Of a stretch of DNA of 64,000 bases, positions 26,770 to 40,600 are shown in pieces. Numbering within the stretch: position 1 is the first letter of the stretch; each line of letters starts with the position of its first letter. Source of the stretch: Eledone cirrhosa (Eukaryota); NCBI GenBank assembly GCA_964016885.1, contig OZ024743.1, forward strand, positions 206,150,001-206,214,000, given 5' to 3'. Under the pieces are notes generated by a model that was not told the origin of the DNA, made no database searches, and saw only the letters and a list, made by a program, of their open reading frames with translations. Position numbers and translations under genes: made by a program.

Positions 26770-29700
26770 TTGGCTGGCTGGCAATTATCTCCCCTTGGAG
26801 GCTGGAATTTATCTCCCCTTGGACGGCTGGAAATTATCTCCCCTTGGACGGCTAGAAATTACCTCTCCTTGTACGGCTGGAAATTATCTCCCCTTGAACG
26901 GCTGGAAATTATCTCCCCTTGGACGGCTGGAAATTATCTCCCCTTGGACGGCTGGAAATTACCTCTCCTTGGACGGCTGGAAATTATCTCCCCTTGGACG
27001 GCTGGAAATTATCTCCCCTTGGACGGCTGGAAATTATTTCCCCTTGATTTTTTTTACAAATTATCTCCCCCTGATTTTTTTTACAAATTATCTCCGCCTG
27101 ATTTTTTAAAATATTATCTTCCCTTGGCTGGCGGGAAATTATCTCCCCTTGGACGCCTGGAAATTATCTCCCCTTGGAAGGATGGAAATTATCTCCCCTT
27201 GGACGGCTGGAAATTATCTCCCCTTGCACTGCTGGTAATTATCTCCCCTTGGACGGCTGGAAATTATCTGCCCTTGATTTTGTTTTTACAAATTATCTTC
27301 CCCTGATTTTTTTTACAAATTATCTCCACCTGATTTTTAAAAAAATTATCTCCTCTTGGCTGGAAATTTTCTCCCCTTGGACGATTAGAAATTATCTCTC
27401 TTTGGACGGCTGGAAATTATCTCCCCTTGATTTTTTTTACAAATTATCTCCCCCTGATTTTTTTTACAAATCTCCCAGTGATTTTTTAAAAAAAATTATC
27501 TCCCCTTCGCTGGCTGGAAATTATCTCCCCTTGGACGCTGGAAATTATAGCCCCTTGGAAGGCTGGAAGTTATCTTACCTTGGAGGGCTGGAAATTATCT
27601 TCCCTTGGACGGCTGGAAATTATCTCCCCTTGATTTTTTTTACAAATTATCTCCCCCTGATTTTTTTTTACAAATTATCTCCCCCTGATTTTTTTTTACA
27701 AATTATCTCCTGATTTTTTTTACAAATTATCTCCCCTTGGCTGGCTGGAAATTATCTCCCCTTGGAGGCTGGAATTTATCTCCCCTTGGACGGCTAGAAA
27801 TTACCTCTCCTTGGACGGCTGAAAATTATCTCCCCTTGATTTTTTTTACGAATTATCTCCCCCTGATTTTTTTTTTTACAAATTATCTCCCCCTGATTTA
27901 TTTTACAAATTATCTCCGCCTGATTTTTTTAAATATTATCTTCCCTTGGCTGGCGGGAAATTATCTCCCCTTGGACGGCTGGAAACTATCTCCCCTTGGA
28001 CAGCTGGAAATTATCTGCCCTTGATTTTGTTTTTACAAATTATCTCCCCCTGATTTTTTTTACAAATTATCTCCAGCTGATTTTTTAAAAAATTATCTCC
28101 TCTTGGACGGCTGGAAATTATCTCCCCTTGGCTGGAAATTATCTCCCCTTGGACGGCTAGAAATTATCTCTCTTTGGACGGCTGGAAATTATCTCCCTTT
28201 GATTTTTTTTACAAATTATCTCCCTCTGATTTTTTTTACAAATCTCCCCTTGATTTTTTTAAAAAATTATCTCCCCTTCGCTGGCTGGAAATTATCTCCC
28301 CTTGGACACTGGAAATTATAGACCCTTGGAGGGCTGGAAATTATCTTCCCTTGGACGGCTGGAAATTATCTCCTTTGATTTTTTTCACAAATTATCTCCC
28401 CCTGATTTTTTTTTACAAATTATCTCCGCCTGATTTTTTTAAAAAAATTATCTCCCCTTGGCTGGATGGAAATTTTCTCCCCTTGGACGGCTGGAAATTA
28501 TCTCCCCTTTATGTCTTCTACAAATTATCTGGCCCTGATTTTTTTTACAAATTATCTCTCCCTGATTTTTTTTACAAATCTCCCCTTGATTTTTTTAAAA
28601 AATTATCTCCCCTTCGCTGGCTGGAAATTATCTCCCCTTGGACACTGGAAATTATAGACCCTTGGAGGGCTGGAAATTATCTTCCCTTGGACGGCTGGAA
28701 ATTATCTCCTCTTGATTTTTTTTACAAATTATCTCCCCCTGATTTTTTTTTTCAAATTATCTCCGCCTGATTTTTTTTTTAAAATTATCTCCCCTTGGCT
28801 GGATGGAAATTTTCTCCCCTTGGCCGGCTGGAAATTATTTCCCCTTGGCTGGAAATTATCTCACGGCTAGAAATTATCTCTCTTTGGACGGCTGGAAATT
28901 ATCTCCCCTTGATTCTTTTTACAAATTATCTCCCCCTGATTTTTTTTACAAATCTCCCAGTGATTTTTAAAAAAAAATTATCTCCCCTTCGCTGGCTGGA
29001 AATTATCTCCCCTTGGACGCTGGAAATTATAGCCCCTTGGAGGCTGGAAATTATCTTCCCTTGGACGGCTGGAAATTATCTCCACTTGATTTTTTTTACA
29101 AATTATCTCCCCCTGATTTTTTTTTACAAATTATCTCCCCCTGATTTTTTTTTTACAAATTATCTCCGCCTGATTTTTTAAAAAAAATTATCACCCCTTG
29201 GACGGCTGGAAATTATCTCCCCTTGGACGGCTGGAAATGATCTCCCCTTGGACGGCTAGAAATTACCTCTCCTTGGACGGCTGAAAATTATCTCCCCTTG
29301 ATTTTTTTTACGAATTATCTCCCCCTGATTTTTTTTTTTACAAATTATCTCCCCCTGATTTTATTTTACATATTATCTACCCCTGATTTTTTTTACAAAT
29401 TATCTCCCCCTGATTTTTTTTTTACAAATTATCTGCCCCTGATTTTTTTACAAATTATCTCCCACTGATTTATTTTACAAATTATCTCCGCCTGATTTTT
29501 TTAAATATTATCTTCCCTTGGCTGGCGGGAAATTATCTCCCCTTGGACGGCTGGAAACTATCTCCCCTTGGACAGCTGGAAATTATCTGCCCTTGATTTT
29601 GTTTTTACAAATTATCTCCCCCTGATTTTTTTTACAAATTATCTCCACCTGATTTTTTAAAAAATTATCTCCCCTTGGACGGCTGGAAATTATCTCCCCT

Positions 29701-32700
29701 TGGCTGGAAATTATCTCCCCTTGGACGGCTAGAAATTATCTCTCTTTGGACGGCTGGAAATTATCTCCCTTTGATTTTTTTTACAAATTATCTCCCTCTG
29801 ATTTTTTTTACAAATCTCCCCTTGATTTTTTTAAAAAATTATCTCCCCTTTGCTGGCTGGAAATTATCTCCCCTTGGACGGCTGGAAATTATCTCCTCTT
29901 GATTTTTTTTACAAATTATCTCCCCCTGATTTTTTTTTACAAATTATCTCCGCCTGATTTTTTTTTAAAAATTATCTCCCCTTGGCTGGATGGAAATTTT
30001 CTCCCCTTGGACGGCTGGAAATTATCTCCCCTTTATGTCTTCTACAAATTATCTGGCCCTGATTTTTTTTACAAATATCTCCCCTTGGCTGGCTGGAAAT
30101 TATCTCCCCTTCGCTGGCTGGAAATTATCTCCCATTGGACGGCTGGAAATTATCTCCCCTTGGACGCCTAGAAATTACCTCTCCTTGGACAGCTGTAAAT
30201 TATCTCCCCTTGGACGGCTGGAAATTATCTCGCCTTGGACGGCTGGAAATTATCTCCCCTTGATTTTGTATACAAATTATCTCCCCCTGATTTTTTTTAA
30301 CAAATTATCTGCCCCTGATTATTTTTTTACAAATTAGCTCCGCCTGATTTTTTTTAAAAATTATCTCCCCTTGGACGGCTGGAAATTATCTCCCCTTGGA
30401 CGGCTGGAAATTATCTCCCCTTGAACGGCTAGAAATTACCTCTCCTTGGACGGCTTAAAATTATCTCCCCTTGGACGGCTGGAAATTATCTCCCCTTGAT
30501 TTTTTTACAAATTATCTCCCCCTGATTTTTTTTTACAAATTATCTCCCCCTGATTTTTTTTTTACAAATTATCTACCCCTGATTTTTTTTTCCAAATTAT
30601 CTCCCCCTGATTTTTTTTTACAAATTATCTCCCCCTGATTTTTTTTTACAAATTATCTCCCCCTGATTTTTTTACAAATTATCTCCCCTTGGCTGGCTGG
30701 AAATTATCTCCCCTTGGAGACTGGAATTTATCTCCCCTTGGACGGCTGGAAATTATCTCCCCTTGGACGGCTAGAAATTACCTCTCCTTGGACGGCTGGA
30801 AATTATCTCCCCTTGAACGGCTGGAAATTATCTCCCCTTGGACGGCTGGAAATTATCTCCCCTTGGACGGCTGGAAATTACCTCTCCTTGGACGGCTGGA
30901 AATTATCTCCCCTTGGACGGCTGGAAATTATCTCCCCTTGGACGGCTGGAAATTATTTCCCCTTGATTTTTTTTACAAATTATCTCCCCCTGATTTATTT
31001 TACAAATTATCTCCGCCTGATTTTTTTAAATATTATCTTCCCTTGGCTGGCGGGAAATTATCTCCCCTTGGACGGCTGGAAACTATCTCCCCTTGGACAG
31101 CTGGAAATTATCTGCCCTTGATTTTGTTTTTACAAATTATCTCCCCCTGATTTTTTTTACAAATTATCTCCACCTGATTTTTTAAAAAATTATCTCCTCT
31201 TGGACGGCTGGAAATTATCTCCCGTTGGCTGCAAATTATCTCCCCTTGGACGGCTAGAAATTACCTCTCTTTGGACGGCTGGAAATTATCTCCCCTTGAT
31301 TTTTTTTACAAATTATCTCCCCCTGATTTTTTTTACAAATCTCCCAGTGATTTTTAAAAAAAAATTATCTCCCCTTCGCTGGCTGGAAATTATCTCCCCT
31401 TGGACGCTGGAAATTATAGCCCCTTGGAGGGCTGGAAATTATCTTCCCTTGGACGGCTGGAAATTATCTCCCCTTGATTTTTTTTACATATTATCTCCCC
31501 CTGATTTTTTTTTACAAATTATCTCCCCGATTTTTTTCTACAAATTATCTCCCCCTGATTTTTTTTTTACAAATTATCTCCGCCTGATTTTTTAAAAAAA
31601 ATTATCTCCCCTTGGACGGCTGGAAATTATCTCCCCTTGGACGGCTGGAAATTATCTCCCCTAGGACGGCTAGAAATTACCTCTCCTTGGACGGCTGAAA
31701 ATTATCTCCCCTTGGACGGCTGGAAATTATCTCCCCTTGATTTTTTTACAAATTATCTCCCTCTGATTTTTTTTTACAAATTATCTCCCCCTGATTTTTT
31801 TTTACAAATTATCTCCCCCTGATTTTTTTTTACAAATTATCTCCCCCTGATTTTTTTACAAATTATCTCCCCTTGGCTGGCTGGCAATTATCTCCCCTTG
31901 GAGGCTGGAATTTATCTCCCCTTGGACGGCTGGAAATTATCTCCCCTTGGACGGCTAGAAATTACCTCTCCTTGTACGGCTGGAAATTATCTCCCCTTGA
32001 ACGGCTGGAAATTATCTCCCCTTGGACGGCTGGAAATTATCTCCCCTTGGACGGCTGGAAATTACCTCTCCTTGGACGGCTGGAAATTATCTCCCCTTGG
32101 ACGGCTGGAAATTATCTCCCCTTGGACGGCTGGAAATTATTTCCCCTTGATTTTTTTTACAAATTATCTCCCCCTGATTTTTTTTACAAATCTCCCCCTA
32201 ATTTTAAAAAAAATTATCTCCCCTTCGCTGGCTGGAAATTATCTCCCTTTGGACGGCTTGAAATTATAGCTGCTTGTAGGGCTGGAAATTATCTCCCCTT
32301 GGACGGCTGGAAATTACCTTTCCTTCGACGGCTGAAAATTATCTCCCCTTGGACGGCTGGTCATTATCTCCCCCTGATTTTTTTTTACAAATTATCTCCG
32401 CCTGATTTTTTTTTAAAAATTATCTCCCCTTGGCTGGATGGAAATTTTCTCCCCTTGGACGGCTGGAAATTATCTCCCCTTTGTTTTCTACAAATTATCT
32501 ACCCCTGATTTTTTTTTTACGAATTATCTCTCCCTGATTTTTTTTACAAATATCTCCCCTTGGCTGGCTGGAAATTATCTCCCCTTGGCTGGCTGGAAAT
32601 TATCTCCCCTTGGACGGCTGGAAATTATCTCCCCTTGGACGCCTAGAAATCACCTCTACTTGGACAGCTGTAAATTATCTCCCCTTGGACGGCTGGAAAT

Positions 32701-34636
32701 TATCTCGCCTTGGACGGCTGGAAATTATCTCCCCTTGATTTTGTATACAAATTATCTCCCCCTGATTTTTTTTTACAAATTATCTGCCCCTGATTATTTT
32801 TTTACAAATTAGCTCCGCCTGATTTTTTTTTAAAATTATCTCCCCTTGGACGGCTGGAAATTATCTCCCCTTGGACGGCTGGAAATTATCTCCCCTTGAA
32901 CGGCTAGAAATTACCTCTCCTTGGACGGCTGAAAATTATCTCCCCTTGGACGGCTGGAAATTATCTCCCCTTGATTTTTTTACAAATTATCTCCCCCTGA
33001 TTTTTTTTTTACAAATTATCTCCGCCTGATTTTTTTTTAAAATTATCTCCCCTTGGACGGCTGGAAATTATCTCCCCTTGGACGGCTGGAAATTATCTCC
33101 CCTTGATTTTTTTTTCCAAATTATCTCCCCCTGATTTTTTTTTTACAAATTATCTACCCCTGATTTTTTTTTCAAATTATCTCCCCCTGATTTTTTTTAC
33201 AAATTATCTCCCCCTGATTTTTTTTTACAAATTATCTCCCCCCGATTTTTTTACAAATTATCTCCCCCTGATTTTTTTTACAAATTATCTCCGCCTGATT
33301 TTTTTTAATATTATCTTCCCTTGGCTGGCGGGAAATTATCTCCCCTTGGACGGCTGGAAATTATCTCCCCTTGGAAGGATGGAAATTATCTCCCCTTGGA
33401 CGGCTGGAAATTATCTCCCCTTGCACTGCTGGAAATTATCTCCCCTTGGACGGCTGGAATATATCTGCCCTTGATTTTGTTTTTACAAATTATCTTCCCC
33501 TGATTTTTTTACAAATTATCTCCACCTGATTTTTTAAAAAATTATCTCCCCTTGGACGGCTGGAAATTATCTCCCCTTGGCTGGAAATTATCTCCCCTTG
33601 GACGGCTAGAAATTATCTCTCTTTGGACGGCTGGAAATTATCTCCCCTTGGACGCTGGAAATTATAGCCCCTTGGAGGGCTGGAAGTTATCTTCCCTTGG
33701 AGGGCTGGAAATTATCTTCCCTTGGACGGCTAGAAATTACCTCTCCTTGGACGGCTGAAAATTATCTCCCCTTGGACGGCTGGAAATTATCTCCCCTTGA
33801 TTTTTTTTACAAATTATCTCCCCCTGATTATTTTTTACAAATTATCTCCCCCTGATTTTTTTTTTACAAATTATCTCCCCTTGGACGGCTGGAAATTATC
33901 TCCCCTTGGACGGCTGGAAATTATCTCCCCTTGGACGGCTAGAAATTACCTCTCCTTGGACGGCTGAAAATTATCTCTCCTTGGACGGCTGGAAATTATC
34001 TCCCCTTTATGTCTTCTACAAATTATCTACCCCTGATTTTTTTTTACAAATTATCTCTCCCTGATTTTTTTTACAAATATCTCCCCTTGATTGGCTGGAA
34101 ATTATCTCCCCTTGGCTGGCTGGAAATTATCTCCCCTTGGACGGCTGGAAATTATCTCCCCTTGGACGCCTAGAAATTACCTCTCCTTGGACAGCTGTAA
34201 ATTATCTCCCCTTGGACGGCTGGAAATTATCTCGCCTTGGACGGCTGGAAATTATATCCCCTTGATTTTGTATACAAATTATCTCCCCCTGATTTTTTTT
34301 TACAAATTATCTGCCCCTGATTATTTTTTTACAAATTAGCTCCGCCTGATTTTTTTTAAAAATTATCTCCCCTTGGACGGCTGGAAATTATCTCCCCTTG
34401 GACGGCTGGAAATTATCTCCCCTTGAACGGCTAGAAATTACCTCTCCTTGGACGGCTGGAAATTATCTCCCCTTGATTTTTTTACAAATTATCTCCCCCT
34501 GATTTTTTTTTACAAATTATCTACCCCTGATTTTTTTTTCCAAATTATCTCCCCCTGATTTTTTTTTACAAATTATCTCCCCCTGATTTTTTTTTACAAA
34601 TTATCTCCCCCTGATTTTTTTACAAATTATCTCCCC
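26770..34636 (+). repeat. Higher-order repeat unit 5 (~7.87 kb); its tail leads into the second HOR family
   Basis: Colinear with unit 4 (24270/31873, 25502/33103, 25951/33552, 26490/34091; offsets ~7601-7603), with private deletions at ~28862 and ~29875. Right boundary approximate. Confidence 0.85.
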
Positions 34637-37600
34637 TTGGCTGGCTGGAAATTATCTCCCCTTGGAGGCTGGAATTTATCTCCCTTTGGACGGCTGGAAA
34701 TTATCTCCCCTTGGACGGCTAGAAATTACCTCTCCTTGGACGGCTGGAAATTATCTCCCCTTGAACGGCTGGAAATTATCTCCCCTTGGACGGCTGGAAA
34801 TTATCTCCCCTTGGACGGCTGGAAATTACCTCTCCTTGGACGGCTGGAAATTATCTCCCCTTGGACGGATGGAAATTATCTCCCCTTGGACGGCTGGAAA
34901 TTATTTCCCCTTGATTTTTTTTACAAATTATCTCCCCCTGATTTTTTTTACAAATATCCCCCTAATTTAAAAAAAAATTATCTCCCCTTCGCTGGCTGGA
35001 AATTATCTCCCTTTGGACGGCTGGAAATTATAGCTGCTTGTAGGGCTGGAAATTATCTCCCCTTGGACGGCTGGAAATTATCTCCCCTTCATTTTTTTAC
35101 TAATTATCTCCCCCTGATTTTTTTTTACAAATTATCTCCGCCTGATTTTTAAAAAAAAATTATCTCCCCTTGGCTGGATGGAAATTTTCTCCCCTTGGAC
35201 GGCTGGAAATTATGTCCCCTTTATGTCTTCTACAAATTATCTACCCCTGATTTTTTTTTTACAAATTATCTCTCCCTGATTTTTTTTACAAATATCTACC
35301 CTTGGCTGGCTGGAAATTATCTCCCCTTGGACGGCTGGAAATTATCTCCCCTTGGACGCCTAGAAATTACCTCTCCTTGGACAGCTGTAAATTATCTCCC
35401 CTTGGACGGCTGGAAATTATCTCGCCTTGGACGGCTGGAAATTATCTCCCCTTGATTTTGTATACAAATTATCTCCCCCTGATTTTTTTTTACAAATTAT
35501 CTGCCCCTGATTATTTATTTTACAAATTAGCTCCGCCTGATTTTTTTTTTAAATTATCTCCCCTTGGACGGCTGGAAATTATCTCCCCTTGGACGGCTGG
35601 AAATTATCTCCCCTTGGACGGCTGGAAATTATCTCCCCTTGATTTTTTTACAAATTATCTCCCCCAGATTTTTTTTTTACAAATTATCTCCCCCTGATTT
35701 TTTTTACAAATTATCTCCCCCTGTTTTTTTTTACAAATTATTTCACCCTGATTTTTTTACAAATTATCTCCCCCTGATTTTTTTTACAAATTATCTCCGC
35801 CTGATTTTTTTAAATATGATCTTCCCTTGGCTGGCGGAAAATCATCTCCCCTTGGACGCCTGGAAATTATCTCCCCTTGGAAGGATGGAAATTATCTCCC
35901 CTTGGACGGCTGGAAATTATCTCCCCTTGCACTGCTGGAAATTATCTCCCCTTGGACGGCTGGAAATTATATGCCCTTGATTTTGATTTTACAAATTATC
36001 TTCCCCTGATTTTTTTTACAAATTATTTCCACCTGATTTTTTAAAAAATTATCTCCCCTTGGAAGGCTGGAAATTATCTCCCCTTGGCTGGAAATTATCT
36101 CCCCTTGGACGATTAGAAATTATCTCTCTTTGGACGGCTGGAAATTATCTCCCCTTGATTTTTTTTACAAATTATCTCCCCCTGATTTTTTTTACAAATC
36201 TCCCAGTGATTTTTTAAAAAAAATTATCTCCCCTTCGCTGGCTGGAAATTATCTCCCCTTGGACGCTGGAAATTATAGCCCCTTGGAGGGCTGGAAGTTA
36301 TCTTCCCTTGGAGGGCTGGAAATTATCTTCCCTTGGACGGCTGGAAATTATCTCCCCTTGATTTTTTTTACAAATTATCTCCCCCTGATTTTTTTTTACA
36401 AATTATCTCCCCCTGATTTTTTTTTTACCAATTATCTCCTACTGATTTTTTTAAAAATTATTTCCCCTTGGACGGCTGGAAATTATCTCCCCTTGGACGG
36501 CTGGAAATTATCTCCCCTTGGACGGCTAGAAATTACCTCTCCTTGGACGGCTGAAAATTATCTCCCCTTGGACGGCTGGAAATTATCTCCCCTTGATTTT
36601 TTTTACAAATTATCTCCCCCTGATTTTTTTTTACAAATTATCTCCCCCTGATTTTTTTTTACAAATTATCTCCCCCTGATTTTTTTTTACAAATTATCTC
36701 CTGATTTTTTTTACAAATTATCTCCCCTTGGCTGGCTGGAAATTATCTCCCCTTGGAGGCTGGAAACTATCTCCCCTTGGACGGCTAGAAATTACCTCTC
36801 CTTGGACGGCTGGAAATTATCTGCCCTTGGACGGCTGGAAATTATCTCTCCTTGGACGGCTGGAAATTATCTGCCCTTGGACGGCTGGAAATTATCTCCC
36901 CTTGGACGGCTGGAAATTATTTCCCCTTGATTTTTTTACAAATTATCTCCACCTGATTTTTTTTTACAAATCTCCCCCTAATTTTAAAAAAAATTATCTC
37001 CCCTTCGCTGGCTGGAAATTATCTTCCTTTGGACGGTTGGAAATTATAGCCGCTTGTAGGGCTGGAAATTATCTCCCCTTGGACGGCTGGGAATTATCTC
37101 CCCTTGATTTTTTTACTAATTATCTCACCCTGATTTTTTTTTACAAATTATCTCCGCCTCATTTTTTAAAAAAAATTATCTCCCCTTGGCTGGATGGAAA
37201 TTATCTCCCCTTGGACGGCTGGAAATTATCTCCCATTGATTTCTTCTACAAATTATCTACACCTGATTTTTTTTTTACAAATTATCTCTCCCTGATTTTT
37301 TTTTACAAATATCTCCCCTTGGCTGGCTGGAAATTATCTCCCGTTGGCTGGCTGGAAATTATCTCCCCTTGGACGGCTGGAAATTATCTCCCATTGATTT
37401 TTTTTACAAATTATCTCCCCTTGGCTGGCTGGAAATTATCTCCCCTTGGCTGGCTGGAAATTATCTCCCCCTGATATTTTTTTACAAATTAGCTCCCCCT
37501 GATTTTTTTTTACAAATTATCTCCCCCTGATTTTTTTTTTTACAAATTATCTCCGCCTGATTTTTTTAAAATTATCTCCCCTCTGCTGGATGGAAATTAT

Positions 37601-40600
37601 CTCCCCTTGGACGGCTGGAAATTATCTCCCCTTGGAAGGATGGAAATTATCTCCCCTTGGACGGCTGGAAATTATCTCCCCTTGGACGGCTAGAAATTAC
37701 CTCTCCTTGTACGGCTGGAAATTATCTCCCCTTGAACGGCTGGAAATTATCTCCCCTTGGACGGCTGGAAATTATCTCCCCTTGGACGGCTGGAAATTAC
37801 CTCTCCTTGGACGGCTGGAAATTATCTCCCCTTGGACGGCTGGAAATTATCTCCCCTTGGACGGCTGGAAATTATTTCCCCTTGATTTTTTTTACAAATT
37901 ATCTCCCCCTGATTTTTTTTACAAATCTCCCCCTAATTTAAAAAAAAATTATCTCCCCTTCGCTGGCTGGAAATTATCTCCCTTTGGACGGCTTGAAATT
38001 ATAGCTGCTTGTAGGGCTGGAAATTATCTCCCCTTGGACGGCTGGAAATTACCTTTCCTTCGACGGCTGAAAATTATCTCCCCTTGGACGGCTGGAAATT
38101 ATCTCCCCCTGATTTTTTTTTACAAATTATCTCCGCCTGATTTTTTTTTAAAAATTATCTCCCCTTGGCTGGATGGAAATTTTCTCCCCTTGGACGGCTG
38201 GAAATTATCTCCCCTTTATGTTTTCTACAAATTATCTACCCCTGATTTTTTTTTTACGAATTATCTCTCCCTGATTTTTTTTACAAATATCTCCCCTTGG
38301 CTGGCTGGAAATTATCTCCCCTTGGCTGGCTGGAAATTATCTCCCCTTGGACGGCTGGAAATTATCTCCCCTTGGACGCCTAGAAATCACCTCTACTTGG
38401 ACAGCTGTAAATTATCTCCCCTTGGACGGCTGGAAATTATCTCGCCTTGGACGGCTGGAAATTATCTCCCCTTGATTTTGTATACAAATTATCTCACCCT
38501 GATTTTTTTTTACAAATTATCTGCCCCTGATTATTTTTTTACAAATTAGCTCCGCCTGATTTTTTTTAAAAATTATCTCCCCTTGGACGGCTGGAAATTA
38601 TCTCCCCTTGGACGGCTGGAAATTATCTCCCCTTGAACGGCTAGAAATTACCTCTCCTTGGACGGCTGAAAATTATCTCCCCTTGGACGGCTGGAAATTA
38701 TCTCCCCTTGGACGGCTGGAAATTATCTCCCCTTGATTTTTTTTTCCAAATTATCTCCCCCTGATTTTTTTTTTACAAATTATCTACCCCTGATTTTTTT
38801 TTCAAATTATCTCCCCCTGATTTTTTTTACAAATTATCTCCCCCTGATTTTTTTTTACAAATTATCTCCCCCCGATTTTTTTACAAATTATCTCCCCCTG
38901 ATTTTTTTTACAAATTATCTCCGCCTGATTTTTTTTAATATTATCTTCCCTTGGCTGGCGGGAAATTATCTCCCCTTGGACGGCTGGAAATTATCTCCCC
39001 TTGGAAGGATGGAAATTATCTCCCCTTGGACGGCTGGAAATTATCTCCCCTTGCACTGCTGGAAATTATCTCCCCTTGGACGGCTGGAATATATCTGCCC
39101 TTGATTTTGTTTTTACAAATTATCTTCCCCTGATTTTTTTATAAATTATCTCCACCTGATTTTTTAAAAAATTATCTCCCCTTGGACGGCTGGAAATTAT
39201 CTCCCCTTGGCTGGAAATTATCTCCCCTTGGACGGCTAGAAATTATCTCTCTTTGGACGGCTGGAAATTATCTCCCCTTGGACGCTGGAAATTATAGCCC
39301 CTTGGAGGGCTGGAAGTTATCTTCCCTTGGAGGGCTGGAAATTATCTTCCCTTGGACGGCTAGAAATTACCTCTCCTTGGACGGCTGAAAATTATCTCCC
39401 CTTGGACGGCTGGAAATTATCTCCCCTTGATTTTTTTTACAAATTATCTCCCCCTGATTATTTTTTACAAATTATCTCCCCCTGATTTTTTTTTACAAAT
39501 TATCTCCCCTTGGACGGCTGGAAATTATCTCCCCTTGGACGGCTGGAAATTATCTCCCCTTGGACGGCTAGAAATTACCTCTCCTTGGACGGCTGAAAAT
39601 TATCTCTCCTTGGACGGCTGGAAATTATCTCCCCTTTATGTCTTCTACAAATTATCTACCCCTGATTTTTTTTTACAAATTATCTCTCCCTGATTTTTTT
39701 TACAAATATCTCCCCTTGATTGGCTGGAAATTATCTCCCCTTGGCTGGCTGGAAATTATCTCCCCTTGGACGGCTGGAAATTATCTCCCCTTGGACGCCT
39801 AGAAATTACCTCTCCTTGGACAGCTGTAAATTATCTCCCCTTGGACGCCTGGAAATTATCTCGCCTTGGACGGCTGGAAATTATATCCCCTTGATTTTGT
39901 ATACAAATTATCTCCCCCTGATTTTTTTTACAAATTATCTGCCCCTGATTATTTTTTTACAAATTAGCTCCGCCTGATTTTTTTTAAAAATTATCTCCCC
40001 TTGGACGGCTGGAAATTATCTCCCCTTGGACGGCTGGAAATTATCTCCCCTTGAACGGCTAGAAATTACCTCTCCTTGGACGGCTGAAAATTATCTCTCC
40101 TTGGACGGCTGGAAATTATCTCCCCTTGATTTTTTTACAAATTATCTCCCCCTGATTTTTTTTTACAAATTATCTACCCCTGATTTTTTTTTCCAAATTA
40201 TCTCCCCCTGATTTTTTTTTTACAAATTATCTCCCCCTGATTTTTTTTACAAATTATCTCCCCCTGATTTTTTTACAAATTATCTCCCCTTGGCTGGCTG
40301 GAAATTATCTCCCCTTGGAGGCTGGAATTTATCTCCCCTTGGACGGCTGGAAATTATCTCCCCTTAGACGGCTAGAAATTACCTCTCCTTGGACGGCTGG
40401 AAATTATCTCCCCTTGAACGGCTGGAAATTATCTCCCCTTGGACGGCTGGAAATTATCTCCCCTTGGACGGCTGGAAATTACCTCTCCTTGGACGGCTGG
40501 AAATTATCTCCCCTTGGACGGATGGAAATTATCTCCCCTTGGACGGCTGGAAATTATTTCCCCTTGATTTTTTTTACAAATTATCTCCCCCTGATTTTTT

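Noticed and set aside
6554-34636. HOR copies as pure assembly artefact
   Set aside because: Each unit has private substitutions and indels, and sharing patterns are hierarchical. This is not fully excluded without raw reads, and single-base poly-T differences may be sequencing error.
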